From positions 2,386 to 66,385 of the forward strand of contig JBAZKK010000003.1 of NCBI GenBank assembly GCA_041650795.1: a stretch of 64,000 nucleotides of DNA, in the 5' to 3' direction. The translations under genes and the position numbers were made by a program. The notes beneath the pieces are model-generated. The model saw only the letters and a program-made list of their open reading frames with translations, did not search any database and was not told where the DNA came from. This stretch comes from Candidatus Omnitrophota bacterium. GTDB taxonomy: Bacteria > Omnitrophota > Gorgyraeia > Gygaellales > Profunditerraquicolaceae. Positions 26,265-35,705 of the stretch are shown here, piece by piece; position 1 is the stretch's first letter, and every line of letters begins with the position of its first letter.

Positions 26265-27171
26265 CTTCTCTTGGATTTTATTTTTATGTTTGTTTCTTCT
26301 TGCGTCTTCTTACTCTTCCTGCGGGGCAGAAGACAAGATCGTAGCAATCGTAAACAAGGACGCAATTACCCAAAAGGACCTGGACGGTTTTGTAAATTTT
26401 ACGCGGATGCAGATATCTTCATCCTATGAAGGAGAAGAGCTGGATAAGAAGATAGCTTCGCTTAAGCCTCAGCTTATAGACAGGCTTATCGAGGATCGCC
26501 TGATACTGCAGGAAGCAAAAAAAAGCGGGATTAAAATAGACAACGACAAGATATCGGAAAGAGTTGATGGAATCAAAAAGGCATACCCTTCGGATAGCGT
26601 ATTCCAGGCTGCCCTAAAGCAGCAGGGCCTTTCTCAGGCAGACCTTGAGAATAAAATACGGGAGCAGCTTCTCCTGTATAACATTATCGACCTTAAAATC
26701 AGAAGGGCGATTCTCATTAATCCTACCGAGGTAACGGCATTCTACCAGGAGCATAAGAAGGATATTGTGACTCCGGAACGCCGGGAATTTATGGCGGCGA
26801 CCATGGATACCCCTCAGCTTGCCAGCAAGGTATTCTCCGCTTTACGCCACAATGATGACCCCGATGAGATAGCCGGACGCTACGGGGTGGTTTTTAATAA
26901 TCTCGACGCCTCCGGAAGGGGGCATTTAAAAAAAGAGGTAGAGGATGTCGTTTTTAAACTCAAGGAAGGCGAGGTTTCTACTCCAGTTAAGATTGACAGT
27001 AAATATTATATCTTCAGGCTTAACAAGATAACTGCGCCAAGGCAGGAAACATTAGCCGAATCTCAGGAGAGGATTTACAATATGCTCCTGGAAAAAAAGA
27101 TGCAGGAGAAACTGACAGAATGGATTGACGGATTAAAGAGCCAGGCTTATGTCAAGGTTTTTAAGGAATAA
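26251..27171 (+). CDS. surA: SurA-like periplasmic chaperone / parvulin-type peptidyl-prolyl isomerase
   Basis: Signal peptide, a SurA_N-like helical region, and a single C-terminal rotamase-like region. Sits in the conserved surA-pdxA-rsmA context. Confidence 0.7.
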   Translation: MKRNSFSWILFLCLFLLASSYSSCGAEDKIVAIVNKDAITQKDLDGFVNFTRMQISSSYEGEELDKKIASLKPQLIDRLIEDRLILQEAKKSGIKIDNDKISERVDGIKKAYPSDSVFQAALKQQGLSQADLENKIREQLLLYNIIDLKIRRAILINPTEVTAFYQEHKKDIVTPERREFMAATMDTPQLASKVFSALRHNDDPDEIAGRYGVVFNNLDASGRGHLKKEVEDVVFKLKEGEVSTPVKIDSKYYIFRLNKITAPRQETLAESQERIYNMLLEKKMQEKLTEWIDGLKSQAYVKVFKE

Positions 27172-27174
27172 CCG

Positions 27175-28128
27175 GTGAGAAGGAAACGCGTCAAAGTTAC
27201 GATAACTATGGGCGACCCTTCGGGGATAGGGGCGGAGGTTATTTTGAAGTCTCTCCCGCGGCTGGCGGATACGGCGGTAATAACCGTTATAGGCGACGGC
27301 AGGGTTTTTTCCATGATGGGGGGGTGCCCGGATAAAATAAGGGGGGTAAGGTTCGTGGACCTCGGGAATGTGCCTTCGGGGAGGTTCTCTTTCGGAAAGA
27401 TTAAGGCAGAGTACGGCAGGGCAAGTATCGCTTACCTTGATGCGGCTTTAAAGATGATAAGGTCGCGGGAATCAGATTGCCTGGTAACGGCACCGATATC
27501 AAAGGAAGCAATTAACGCCGCCGGATTTAAATTCAGCGGGCACACCGAATATCTTGCCATGCGCACGGGTAGTCCGGATACGGTAATGATGCTTTTAAAC
27601 CGTTATCTAAAATTCAGCCTCCTCACAAGGCATGTCCCCTTAAAAGACGTTTCCGTTAAGTTAACCCGGAGGGGATTGGTTAAGGTTATCCTCGCTACCT
27701 CCGGGGCATTAAAGTCCTTCTTTTCCTTAAGAGAGCCGCGTATTGCAGTCTGCGGGTTTAATCCCCACGCTTCTGATAACGGGGTAATAGGCAAGGAGGA
27801 GAATAAAATTATTAAGCCGGCATTATGGAAGCTGAAAGGCGCGGTTAGATGCCTTAAGGGGCCCCTGCCGGCAGATGTTGCGATTGCCGGAGCTTATGCC
27901 GGTGACTATGATGCCGTAATTGCAATATATCACGACCAGGCGCTCATACCCCTTAAGTTATCAGACCCTTTAAGCGGCGTCAACATGACGCTTGGGCTGC
28001 CGTTTGTGCGCACCTCTCCTTTGCACGGCACTGCCTTTGATATAGCAGGCAGGAATATCGCCCGAGCGGATTCCATGGTTAGCGCCGTGCGTCTGGCTGT
28101 AAAATGCGCTTCCAACGGCAGACTTTAA
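27175..28128 (+). CDS. pdxA: 4-hydroxythreonine-4-phosphate dehydrogenase
   Basis: GTG start. VTITMGDPSGIGAEV, SGHTEYL, NPHASDNG, YHDQALIPLK, GLPFVRTSPLHGTAFDIAG. Confidence 0.9.
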   Translation: MRRKRVKVTITMGDPSGIGAEVILKSLPRLADTAVITVIGDGRVFSMMGGCPDKIRGVRFVDLGNVPSGRFSFGKIKAEYGRASIAYLDAALKMIRSRESDCLVTAPISKEAINAAGFKFSGHTEYLAMRTGSPDTVMMLLNRYLKFSLLTRHVPLKDVSVKLTRRGLVKVILATSGALKSFFSLREPRIAVCGFNPHASDNGVIGKEENKIIKPALWKLKGAVRCLKGPLPADVAIAGAYAGDYDAVIAIYHDQALIPLKLSDPLSGVNMTLGLPFVRTSPLHGTAFDIAGRNIARADSMVSAVRLAVKCASNGRL

Positions 28129-28134
28129 AGGCAT

Positions 28135-28926
28135 ATGGCTAAAGATGCCGTCAGGCCTAAAAAATACCTCGGGCAGAATTTCCTTTCAGACAAGAACGTC
28201 CAGAGAAAGATTATAGAGTCCTCCGGATTCTCGCCCAAGGACACGATCCTGGAGATCGGTGCTGGCAGGGGAGAATTGACTCGCCTGCTTGCCGATAAGG
28301 TAAAAAAGACCTATGCCGTGGAAATTGACGCCGCGCTTTCCGATAGGCTTAAGGCTGAGTTTAACGATAACCAGAAAATAAAAATCATAAACAGCGATAT
28401 ACTCCGTTTCAATCTTGATAAAAGCATACCCGTTCCCTCGCGCATAAAGGTAATCGGAAATATACCTTATTGTCTGAGCACGCCGATTATGGGATACCTC
28501 CTGGGGCACCTGCGTAGAATCAGCGTAATATTAATGACGGTGCAGAAGGAATTTGCGGAAAGGGTGGCTGCTTTGCCGGGTTCCTCCGATTACGGCTCTT
28601 TAAGCTGCTTTGTGCAGTATTACTGCCTGCCCGCCGTAATGTTTACGATAAAGAAAACGTCATTCTGGCCGGTGCCGAAAGTGGATTCGTGTTTATTAAG
28701 GTTAGAAGCGAGAACCAGGCCGCCGGTAAAGGTAAGGGATGAGGCGGAGCTTTTTAAGGTTATCCGCGCCGCCTTCTCCAAAAGAAGAAAGACCTTAAGA
28801 AACAGCCTAAAAGGGATTATTGATAGAGGCCGCCTGGAAAATTTTTTTCAGCGATGCTCTATTAATCCTGACGCCCGTCCAGAGGAACTCGGGTTGGAGG
28901 ATTTCGCCCGCCTTTTAAATTCTTAA
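28135..28926 (+). CDS. rsmA: 16S rRNA (adenine1518/1519-N6)-dimethyltransferase
   Basis: PKKYLGQNFL, SAM motif LEIGAGRGELT, GNIPY, PPVKV, FSKRRKTL. Confidence 0.93.
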   Translation: MAKDAVRPKKYLGQNFLSDKNVQRKIIESSGFSPKDTILEIGAGRGELTRLLADKVKKTYAVEIDAALSDRLKAEFNDNQKIKIINSDILRFNLDKSIPVPSRIKVIGNIPYCLSTPIMGYLLGHLRRISVILMTVQKEFAERVAALPGSSDYGSLSCFVQYYCLPAVMFTIKKTSFWPVPKVDSCLLRLEARTRPPVKVRDEAELFKVIRAAFSKRRKTLRNSLKGIIDRGRLENFFQRCSINPDARPEELGLEDFARLLNS

Positions 28927-28933
28927 AAAAACC

Positions 28934-28962
28934 TTGACAAAAATCAAAGTACACTATATACT
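28934..28962 (+). promoter_or_regulatory. sigma70-type promoter (TTGACA-N17-TATACT) heading the tRNA-Thr/rpmG/secE... array
   Basis: TTGACA at 28934..28939, 17-nt spacer, TATACT at 28957..28962. It starts 8 nt after the rsmA stop. Confidence 0.55.
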
Positions 28963-29113
28963 TATAGCTTCATCTACAGGTCAAGGAAGTTTTCTGAATC
29001 AATCCTGTTAGAAGACGAAAATCCTTATAAAACCGAGGATGTTACGTAAGATTCTCGGGGTGGGGATTTTTTGAATTTTTAAGGGTACTAGCATAACCAG
29101 CGATTAATATATC

Positions 29114-29186
29114 GCTGGAGTAGCTCAGTTGGTAGAGCACGTCCTTGGTAAGGACGGGGTCACGGGTTCAATTCCCGTCTCCAGCT
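29114..29186 (+). tRNA. tRNA-Thr (anticodon GGU)
   Basis: Cloverleaf read by eye: acceptor GCTGGAG/CTCCAGC, D arm AGCTCAGTTGGTAGAGC, anticodon stem-loop CGTCC-TTGGTAA-GGACG, T arm ACGGG-TTCAATT-CCCGT. No encoded CCA. Confidence 0.92.
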
Positions 29187-29203
29187 TGCTAGACACGGAT
29201 AAG

Positions 29204-29353
29204 ATGAGAGAGATAATTACTTTAGAATGCACGGTTTGTAAAAATAGAAATTATACCACTACCAAGAACAAGAAGAAGCATCAAGATAAACTACAGTTGA
29301 ATAAGTATTGCGAATTTTGCCATAAGCACACCGCGCATAAAGAACTCAAGTAA
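29204..29353 (+). CDS. rpmG: 50S ribosomal protein L33 (Zn-ribbon type)
   Basis: [49 protein letters not shown]. The upstream part of the ORF-track ORF is tRNA-Thr sequence. Confidence 0.9.
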   Translation: MREIITLECTVCKNRNYTTTKNKKKHQDKLQLNKYCEFCHKHTAHKELK

Positions 29354-29373
29354 ACGAAAAAATGATTTTTGAT

Positions 29374-29444
29374 AGGAGCGTCGGTTAATGGCAAACCAAC
29401 GGTCTCCAAAACCGTAACTGCAGGTTCGACTCCTGCCGCTCCTG
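29374..29444 (+). tRNA. tRNA-Trp (anticodon CCA)
   Basis: Acceptor AGGAGCG/CGCTCCT, anticodon stem-loop ACGGT-CTCCAAA-ACCGT, T arm GCAGG-TTCGACT-CCTGC. Classic position upstream of secE-nusG. Ends are +/-2 nt. Confidence 0.88.
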
Positions 29445-29481
29445 CAGATTACGAAGTTCCTGCAGGGAATAAAACAGGAAG

Positions 29482-29673
29482 ATGAATATTTTCAAGAAAC
29501 CGTTGGATTTTATAATTCAGGTTAAGGAAGAGTTAAAGAAGGTATCATGGTCTACGCGTCAAGAGGTTCTCGGCTCGACAGCGGTAGTAATTATAATAAC
29601 GGCGATGCTGACGGTTTTTATCGGGGTAGCAGACCTTTTTCTCTCCAAGATGCTCACGGTGATATTCAGATGA
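29482..29673 (+). CDS. secE: preprotein translocase subunit SecE
   Basis: 63 aa. KEELKKVSWSTRQEV followed by a single TM. ATGA overlap with nusG. Confidence 0.85.
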   Translation: MNIFKKPLDFIIQVKEELKKVSWSTRQEVLGSTAVVIIITAMLTVFIGVADLFLSKMLTVIFR

Positions 29674-30197
29674 AGAACTGGTACGTAGTGCACACCCAGA
29701 CAGGCTCAGAGGATAAGGTGAAGATGCTTCTGGAAAACAGGATTAACCAGGAGGGGATGCAGGAGCTTATCAGCAAAGTGGTAATACCGAAAGAGCAGGT
29801 CTCTGAGATCCGCGGAGGAAAAAAGAAAATCTCCCAGCGTAAATTTTTCCCAGGTTACCTTATGGTTGAAATGGAATTCAGCGAACAAACCTTTCTTTTT
29901 ATCAAGAATACCCCCGGCGTTACCGGTTTTATCGGAGCCGGCAGAAAGCCCACCCCCCTTCCGCAAAATGACGTAGATAACATATTAAAGAGAACACAGG
30001 ATACGGTAGCTAAACCCAGCCCCAAGGTTATATTCGAAAAAGGCGAGCAGGTGCGGGTGACTGAAGGGCCGTTTGTCAATTTTAACGGCACTATCGACGA
30101 GGTGCATCCGGAAAGAGGGAAGCTCAAGGTGAGCGTTTCCATTTTTGGCCGCTCTACTCCGGTGGAGTTGGAATACTGGCAGGTGGAGAAGATATAG
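29670..30197 (+). CDS. nusG: transcription termination/antitermination factor NusG
   Basis: MKNWYVVHTQTGSEDKV, FPGYLMVEM, C-terminal KOW GEQVRVTEGPFVNFNGTIDEV. Start was moved from the ORF-track 29547 to ATG 29670. Confidence 0.93.
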   Translation: MKNWYVVHTQTGSEDKVKMLLENRINQEGMQELISKVVIPKEQVSEIRGGKKKISQRKFFPGYLMVEMEFSEQTFLFIKNTPGVTGFIGAGRKPTPLPQNDVDNILKRTQDTVAKPSPKVIFEKGEQVRVTEGPFVNFNGTIDEVHPERGKLKVSVSIFGRSTPVELEYWQVEKI

Positions 30198-30200
30198 GCC

Positions 30201-30644
30201 ATGGCGAAGAAAGTAGTGGCACAGATTAAATTACACGTTCCGGCAGGGCAGGCGAATCCCGCTCCTCCCGTAGGTCCGGCGCTAGGCCAGCACGGGGTCA
30301 ATATTATGCAATTCTGCAAACAGTTCAATGATCAGACCAAAGGACGGGAGGGCCTGATATTACCCGCGGTAATCTCGGTATACGAAGACAGAACCTTTAC
30401 CTTTATTATTAAGAGCCCGCCTTCGTCTATACTTATCAAGCGCGCGGCAAACCTGGCCAAGGCCTCCGGGACGGCAGGCAAGGAGGTAATCGGGAGCATT
30501 ACCCCGAAACAGGTGCAAGAAATCGCCAAGCAAAAAATGAGCGACCTTAATACTACCGATATGGAAGAGGCCGCCAGGATTATCGCAGGCACGGCCAGAA
30601 GCATGGGTATCACTATAGCAGAGGAAGGTCAAAAACAGGCATGA
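30201..30644 (+). CDS. rplK: 50S ribosomal protein L11
   Basis: [35 protein letters not shown]. Confidence 0.96.
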   Translation: MAKKVVAQIKLHVPAGQANPAPPVGPALGQHGVNIMQFCKQFNDQTKGREGLILPAVISVYEDRTFTFIIKSPPSSILIKRAANLAKASGTAGKEVIGSITPKQVQEIAKQKMSDLNTTDMEEAARIIAGTARSMGITIAEEGQKQA

Positions 30645-31321
30645 GGCCAGCAAGCAAGAGATATAAACAATCCGCCGGAGGGTTAGAAAAAACGAGAACC
30701 TACGAGTTAAAAGAGGCGATTGCCGCATTGAAGAAAATGGCGCCGCCGAAATTCGACGCCTCGGTGGACCTGCATTTTAGCGTCAACATCGACCCTAAAA
30801 AAAGCGACCAGCTGGTGCGCGGCACGGTACTCCTGCCGCACGGCAGCGGCAAAAAGATACGGGTCGCTGTTTTCTGCAAGGGCGAGCACGAAAAGATAGC
30901 CAAGGAGGCCGGCGCCGACCTGGTGGGGGCCAATGACCTGATTGAAAAGGTAAACGGCGGTTTTCTGGATTTCGATTGCGTTATCGCCACTCCGGAGATG
31001 ATGAAGGATTTAAGTAGGCTGGGTAAGATGCTCGGGCCGCGCGGTCTGATGCCCAGCCCCAAGACGGGGACCGTAACCAATGATATAGCCAAGGCTATCA
31101 GCGACGTCAAGAAGGGCAAGGTGGAATTCCGGGTTGACAAGCAGAGGGGCATACACCTGGCAGTAGGCAGAATATCTTTCGATGAAGATAAAATTTATAA
31201 TAATGCCTCGCGCGTGATTGAGGCGATTAACGAGTCCAGGCCCGCCTCCATCAAGGGGAAGTTCTTAAAGAGCCTTTTTATATCATCTACCATGAACCCC
31301 GGTTTGAGATTAAATATCTAA
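30641..31321 (+). CDS. rplA: 50S ribosomal protein L1
   Basis: [46 protein letters not shown]. Confidence 0.96.
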   Translation: MRPASKRYKQSAGGLEKTRTYELKEAIAALKKMAPPKFDASVDLHFSVNIDPKKSDQLVRGTVLLPHGSGKKIRVAVFCKGEHEKIAKEAGADLVGANDLIEKVNGGFLDFDCVIATPEMMKDLSRLGKMLGPRGLMPSPKTGTVTNDIAKAISDVKKGKVEFRVDKQRGIHLAVGRISFDEDKIYNNASRVIEAINESRPASIKGKFLKSLFISSTMNPGLRLNI

Positions 31322-31325
31322 GAAG

Positions 31326-31856
31326 ATGAAGAAGCTTGGTCTATTAGTAAAAGAAATTTCGGAAAACCGCGTTAAGGGATACCTCAAGGATTCCAACAGC
31401 GTATTTATCCTTAAATATTCGGGTTTATCCAGTCCAGACATGACCAGCCTGCGTCAGGCACTGATCGGCATCAATGCTAACTTCTTTGTGGTCAAAAACA
31501 GCGTCGCCAGGAGGGCTTTAAAGGAGCACGGGTTAGAAGAGCTTATAAAATCGATTGAGGGCCCTTGCGGCTTTGTATTTGCGAAGGATGAACCTGTCGG
31601 CGTCTGCAAGGCACTTTGCGGCTTTGCAAAGGAACATGAGAAGCTCGGGCTTGAAGGCGGTTTTTTCCAGGAGCGGCTTCTCGATAATAAGGAGATTGAG
31701 GCAATTTCAAAGTTGCCTTCCAAGGAGACACTTAGGGCGCAGGCCGTGCTGACACTGAAGTCCCCGATTACGAATATCGTTATGGTCTTGAGCGCTACCC
31801 TGAAGAAATTTGTTTGTTGTTTAGACCAGATTAAGCAAAAAAAAGGCACTCAATAA
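31326..31856 (+). CDS. rplJ: 50S ribosomal protein L10
   Basis: Position between rplA and rplL. Motifs LRQAL...[13 protein letters not shown]. Confidence 0.92.
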   Translation: MKKLGLLVKEISENRVKGYLKDSNSVFILKYSGLSSPDMTSLRQALIGINANFFVVKNSVARRALKEHGLEELIKSIEGPCGFVFAKDEPVGVCKALCGFAKEHEKLGLEGGFFQERLLDNKEIEAISKLPSKETLRAQAVLTLKSPITNIVMVLSATLKKFVCCLDQIKQKKGTQ

Positions 31857-31867
31857 GGAGGAGAGAA

Positions 31868-32263
31868 ATGGCAAACGAAAAATTGGATGAGTTAGTAAAA
31901 TCCATCGAAGGAATGACGGTGATGGAGCTTTCCGAACTGGTAAAAACCCTGGAGGATAAGTTCGGGGTGCAGGCTAACATGCCTATGATGGCAATGCCCA
32001 TGGCAGGGGCAGGAGCCGCAGGGGCAGGAGCCGCAGGGGCAGCGGAAGAAAAATCTACCTTTACGGTAGTATTGACAAGTGCCGGTTCGAACAAGATCGC
32101 GGTCATCAAAGAGGTCAGGTCTTTTACCAGCCTGGGCTTAAAGGAAGCCAAGGACCTGGTTGATGCCGCACCGAAGCCGGTCAAGGAAGGCGCCACCAAG
32201 GAAGAAGCCGAAGAGATAAAGAAGAAGCTTGAGGCAGCCGGCGCTACCGTAGAATTAAAATAA
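31868..32263 (+). CDS. rplL: 50S ribosomal protein L7/L12
   Basis: Ala/Gly hinge, then [33 protein letters not shown]...[18 protein letters not shown]. Confidence 0.96.
   Translation: MANEKLDELVKSIEGMTVMELSELVKTLEDKFGVQANMPMMAMPMAGAGAAGAGAAGAAEEKSTFTVVLTSAGSNKIAVIKEVRSFTSLGLKEAKDLVDAAPKPVKEGATKEEAEEIKKKLEAAGATVELK
32003..32042 (+). repeat. in-frame 15-bp tandem repeat (gcaggggcaggagcc x2.7) encoding the AGAGA hinge of L7/L12
   Basis: Units at 32003..32017 and 32018..32032 are identical. A partial third copy runs 32033..32042. Confidence 0.85.
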
Positions 32264-32288
32264 ACCAAAAAAAGGCGACCTGAGACTT

Positions 32289-35200
32289 ATGCTGAAACGT
32301 AAAAATTTTGCCAAGTTTAAAGAGGTTTATGAGCTGCCGCATTTTCTGGATGTGCAGCTTAAATCCTACCAGGAATTCCTGCAGATGTATGCCCCTGCCA
32401 AGGAGCGCAAGCCGCAGGGCCTCCAGGAGGTCTTCGAGGATATATTCCCCGTAGAGGACCAGAACCGTTCGATCCGTCTGGAGTTTATCAGCTATGCGCT
32501 GGGCAAACCCAAGTACGATATATCTGAAAGCATCCGGCGTTCCGTTACCTATGCCGCGCCGCTTAAGGTAAAATTCCGCCTTATTACGCCCAAGGAAACA
32601 AAGGAACAGGATGCTTATTTCGGCGATATCCCGCTTATGACCGATACCGGAAGCTTCATTATTAACGGGGACGAGAGGGGGGTCATCAATCAGCTGCACC
32701 GCTCTCCGGGCGTTTCCTTTGAAGAAGAGGTTCATCCTACCGGAAAGAAGATATTCTACGGACGCATTATTCCTTACCGCGGGGCATGGCTGGAGTTCAA
32801 ATACGACCTTAGCGATACCATCCTGGCATATATAGATAAAAGGAGAAACTTCCCGGCTACCCAGATCTTGAGAATCCTGGGTTTTTCTACCGATGCCGAC
32901 ATCATCTCTGCCTTCGGCGGGGTGGAGTATCCGGAGATCGCCAATACCCTGAAGAAAGACTATACCAAGAATAAGGAAGAGGCATTCCTGGATTTTTACC
33001 GCAAGATGAAACCTACGGAGCCGTTGACCAAAGAGGCTGCCGAAGGCCTTTTTTATAGGTTATTCTTTGACCCTAACCGTTACGACCTGGAGAGGGCCGG
33101 CCGTTTTATCCTTAATCGTAAACTTGGCATGGACGTATCTTTGGACAAGCGCGTCCTTGATTCTGCCACCGTTATCAAGGTCATAGAGTACTTGATCCGC
33201 CTTAATAAAGGCGAAGGCAAGATAGACGATATCGACCATCTTGGTAACCGCCGCGTACGCACCATCGGAGAATTGGTGCAGAATCAGGTGCGGATTGGAC
33301 TATCCCGCATCGAGCGCTCTATCAAGGAACGCTTGAGCATGCTCGGGGACCTCGATAATATCAGCGTTCATTACCTGATTAATTCCAAGCTATTGTCCAA
33401 TCAGGTCCGTGATTTCTTTGCCCGCAGCCAGCTCTCCCAGTTTATGGATCAGGTTAACCCCCTGGCAGAAATGACGCACAAGCGCAGATTGAGCGCCTTG
33501 GGGCCAGGAGGGCTGTCGCGCGAGAGGGCGGGATTTGAAGTCCGCGATATCCACTCTTCCCATTACGGCAGGATATGCCCTATTGAAACCCCTGAAGGCC
33601 CGAATATCGGATTAATCGCATCGCTGAGCACTTATGCCCAGGTTAACTCGCTGGGCTTACTGGAGACCCCTTATCGCAAGGCCGAAGAAGGTAAGGTTAC
33701 CCGCAAGATTGAATACCTCACCGCCGATATCGAAGAGGATAAGGTAATTGCTCAGGCAAACGTGCCTCTTGACAACGATAATTATTTTTCAGAAAAAGAA
33801 GTTTCGTGCCGTTATAAAGGAGATTTCCCCAAGGTTCCCCCCAAACAGGTGGAATACATGGATGTCTCACCCAAACAGCTCGTTTCGGTAGCAGCTTCCC
33901 TTGTTCCGTTTCTAGAGCATGATGACGCCAACCGCGCCCTGATGGGGGCGAATATGCAGCGGCAGGGAGTGCCGTTGATGTTCCCAGAGTCCCCGATCGT
34001 AGGCACCATGATGGAGGCTAAGGTCGCCCGAGATTCCGGTACCGTCCTGGTAGCGGAGGAGTCCGGTAAGGTTACTTACGTGGACGCCTCATCCGTGGCC
34101 GTAGGAAAGCATATATATCATCTCAGGAAATTTATCCGCACCAATGCAGACACCTGCGTGAACCAGCGCCCTATCGTGAAACTGGGCGAACACGTAGAAA
34201 AAGGACAGGTTATCGCGGACGGCGCCGCTACCCAGGACGGAGAGCTGGCGTTGGGCAGAAACCTCCTGGTTGCCTTTATGCCATGGAGGGGGTATAACTT
34301 TGAAGACGCCATTCTTGTCAATGAGAAGGTAGCAAAGGAAGACGTTTTTACCTCTATTCACATCGAGAAGTTCGAAGTAGAGGCCATTGAGACCCGGTTA
34401 GGAAACGAAGAGATTACCTCCGACATACCCAATGTCAGCGAAGAGTCCCTGAAGAACCTGGATGAGTATGGTATTATACGCCTGGGGGCAGAGGTCGGCC
34501 CCGGAGACATATTGGTCGGTAAGGTTACCCCTAAAACCGAAACGGAGCTTTCTCCCGAAGAAAGGTTGCTGCGCGCGATATTCGGCGAAAAGGCCAGCGA
34601 TGTGCGCGACACCTCGCTGACAGTTCCCCCTGGAGTGGAAGGCATAGTGGTGGATGTGCATCTATTCCAGCGCAAGGAGCGCGGCCGCAAAAGCAAGGAA
34701 GAAAAAAGTAAGGAATTAGCCAAGATCAAGGAATTAAAGGCCTACTATAAACAAGAGATAGATTTTCTGCAGAATGAGAGAGTCGCCCGCCTTTCACAGC
34801 TTTTGGGAGTGGATAAAAAGAAGGTAGAGAAACTTGATTTCAGCGATAACGAAGAGGCCAAGATTCTGGTTGCGTCTTTTGACGAGCAGATGCAGGAGCT
34901 CTTGACAGAGCAGGACCAGGAGATTGAAAAAGTCAAGCGCGGCGATGAATTGCCTCCCGGGGTACTTAAGAGGGTAGTGGTATATATCGCTACCAAACGC
35001 AGGCTTTCCGAGGGTGATAAGCTTGCCGGCAGGCACGGCAATAAAGGCGTAGTGGCACGCATCCTGCCCGAGCAGGATATGCCGTTTTTGCCTGATGGCA
35101 CGCCGGTAGATATAGTGCTCAACCCTTTAGGCGTTCCTTCGCGTATGAATGTCGGACAGATCCTGGAGACACACCTGGGCTGGGCGGCTAAGGTCATGGG

Positions 35201-35705
35201 TATTAAGGTAGGGACTCCGGTTTTTGACGGCGCGACAGAAACAGAGATTAAGGAAATGCTCAAGAAAGCCGGGCTTCCGGAAGACGGCAAGATTACGGTT
35301 TACGACGGCTATACCGGAGAGCAGTTTGACCAGAAGGTAACAGTGGGCTACATCTATATAATGAAGCTGATACACCTGGTTGACGAAAAGATACATGCCC
35401 GTTCCATCGGGCCATATTCCCTGGTTACGCAGCAACCCCTGGGAGGAAAAGCGCAGTTCGGAGGACAGAGGTTGGGTGAGATGGAGGTTTGGGCTCTGGA
35501 GGCATATGGCGCTGCATTTACCCTGCAGGAGATGCTTACGGTCAAGAGCGATGATGTTGCCGGCAGGACCCGTATCTATGAAGCGATTGTAAAGGGGGAG
35601 CAGCGTCTTACGCACGGGGTTCCGGAATCGTTCAACGTCTTGGTAAAGGAACTCCGGGGTTTGTGCCTTGATATTTCCCTTGAGAAAACTAAAGGTAAAA
35701 AATAA
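32289..35705 (+). CDS. rpoB: DNA-directed RNA polymerase subunit beta
   Basis: [74 protein letters not shown]. Confidence 0.98.
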   Translation: MLKRKNFAKFKEVYELPHFLDVQLKSYQEFLQMYAPAKERKPQGLQEVFEDIFPVEDQNRSIRLEFISYALGKPKYDISESIRRSVTYAAPLKVKFRLITPKETKEQDAYFGDIPLMTDTGSFIINGDERGVINQLHRSPGVSFEEEVHPTGKKIFYGRIIPYRGAWLEFKYDLSDTILAYIDKRRNFPATQILRILGFSTDADIISAFGGVEYPEIANTLKKDYTKNKEEAFLDFYRKMKPTEPLTKEAAEGLFYRLFFDPNRYDLERAGRFILNRKLGMDVSLDKRVLDSATVIKVIEYLIRLNKGEGKIDDIDHLGNRRVRTIGELVQNQVRIGLSRIERSIKERLSMLGDLDNISVHYLINSKLLSNQVRDFFARSQLSQFMDQVNPLAEMTHKRRLSALGPGGLSRERAGFEVRDIHSSHYGRICPIETPEGPNIGLIASLSTYAQVNSLGLLETPYRKAEEGKVTRKIEYLTADIEEDKVIAQANVPLDNDNYFSEKEVSCRYKGDFPKVPPKQVEYMDVSPKQLVSVAASLVPFLEHDDANRALMGANMQRQGVPLMFPESPIVGTMMEAKVARDSGTVLVAEESGKVTYVDASSVAVGKHIYHLRKFIRTNADTCVNQRPIVKLGEHVEKGQVIADGAATQDGELALGRNLLVAFMPWRGYNFEDAILVNEKVAKEDVFTSIHIEKFEVEAIETRLGNEEITSDIPNVSEESLKNLDEYGIIRLGAEVGPGDILVGKVTPKTETELSPEERLLRAIFGEKASDVRDTSLTVPPGVEGIVVDVHLFQRKERGRKSKEEKSKELAKIKELKAYYKQEIDFLQNERVARLSQLLGVDKKKVEKLDFSDNEEAKILVASFDEQMQELLTEQDQEIEKVKRGDELPPGVLKRVVVYIATKRRLSEGDKLAGRHGNKGVVARILPEQDMPFLPDGTPVDIVLNPLGVPSRMNVGQILETHLGWAAKVMGIKVGTPVFDGATETEIKEMLKKAGLPEDGKITVYDGYTGEQFDQKVTVGYIYIMKLIHLVDEKIHARSIGPYSLVTQQPLGGKAQFGGQRLGEMEVWALEAYGAAFTLQEMLTVKSDDVAGRTRIYEAIVKGEQRLTHGVPESFNVLVKELRGLCLDISLEKTKGKK

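Noticed and set aside
29033-29072. Hairpin plus T6 as a classical Rho-independent terminator for rsmA.
   Set aside because: It lies downstream of the 28934 promoter rather than directly after rsmA. The T-run is separated from the palindrome by 8 nt (ggtgggga), so it is not a canonical intrinsic terminator. It is reported instead as an unexplained structured leader.
29129-29203. N-terminal 25 codons of the ORF-track L33 ORF ([25 protein letters not shown]).
   Set aside because: This stretch is the tRNA-Thr gene read as protein. L33 starts at ATG 29204 ([17 protein letters not shown]).
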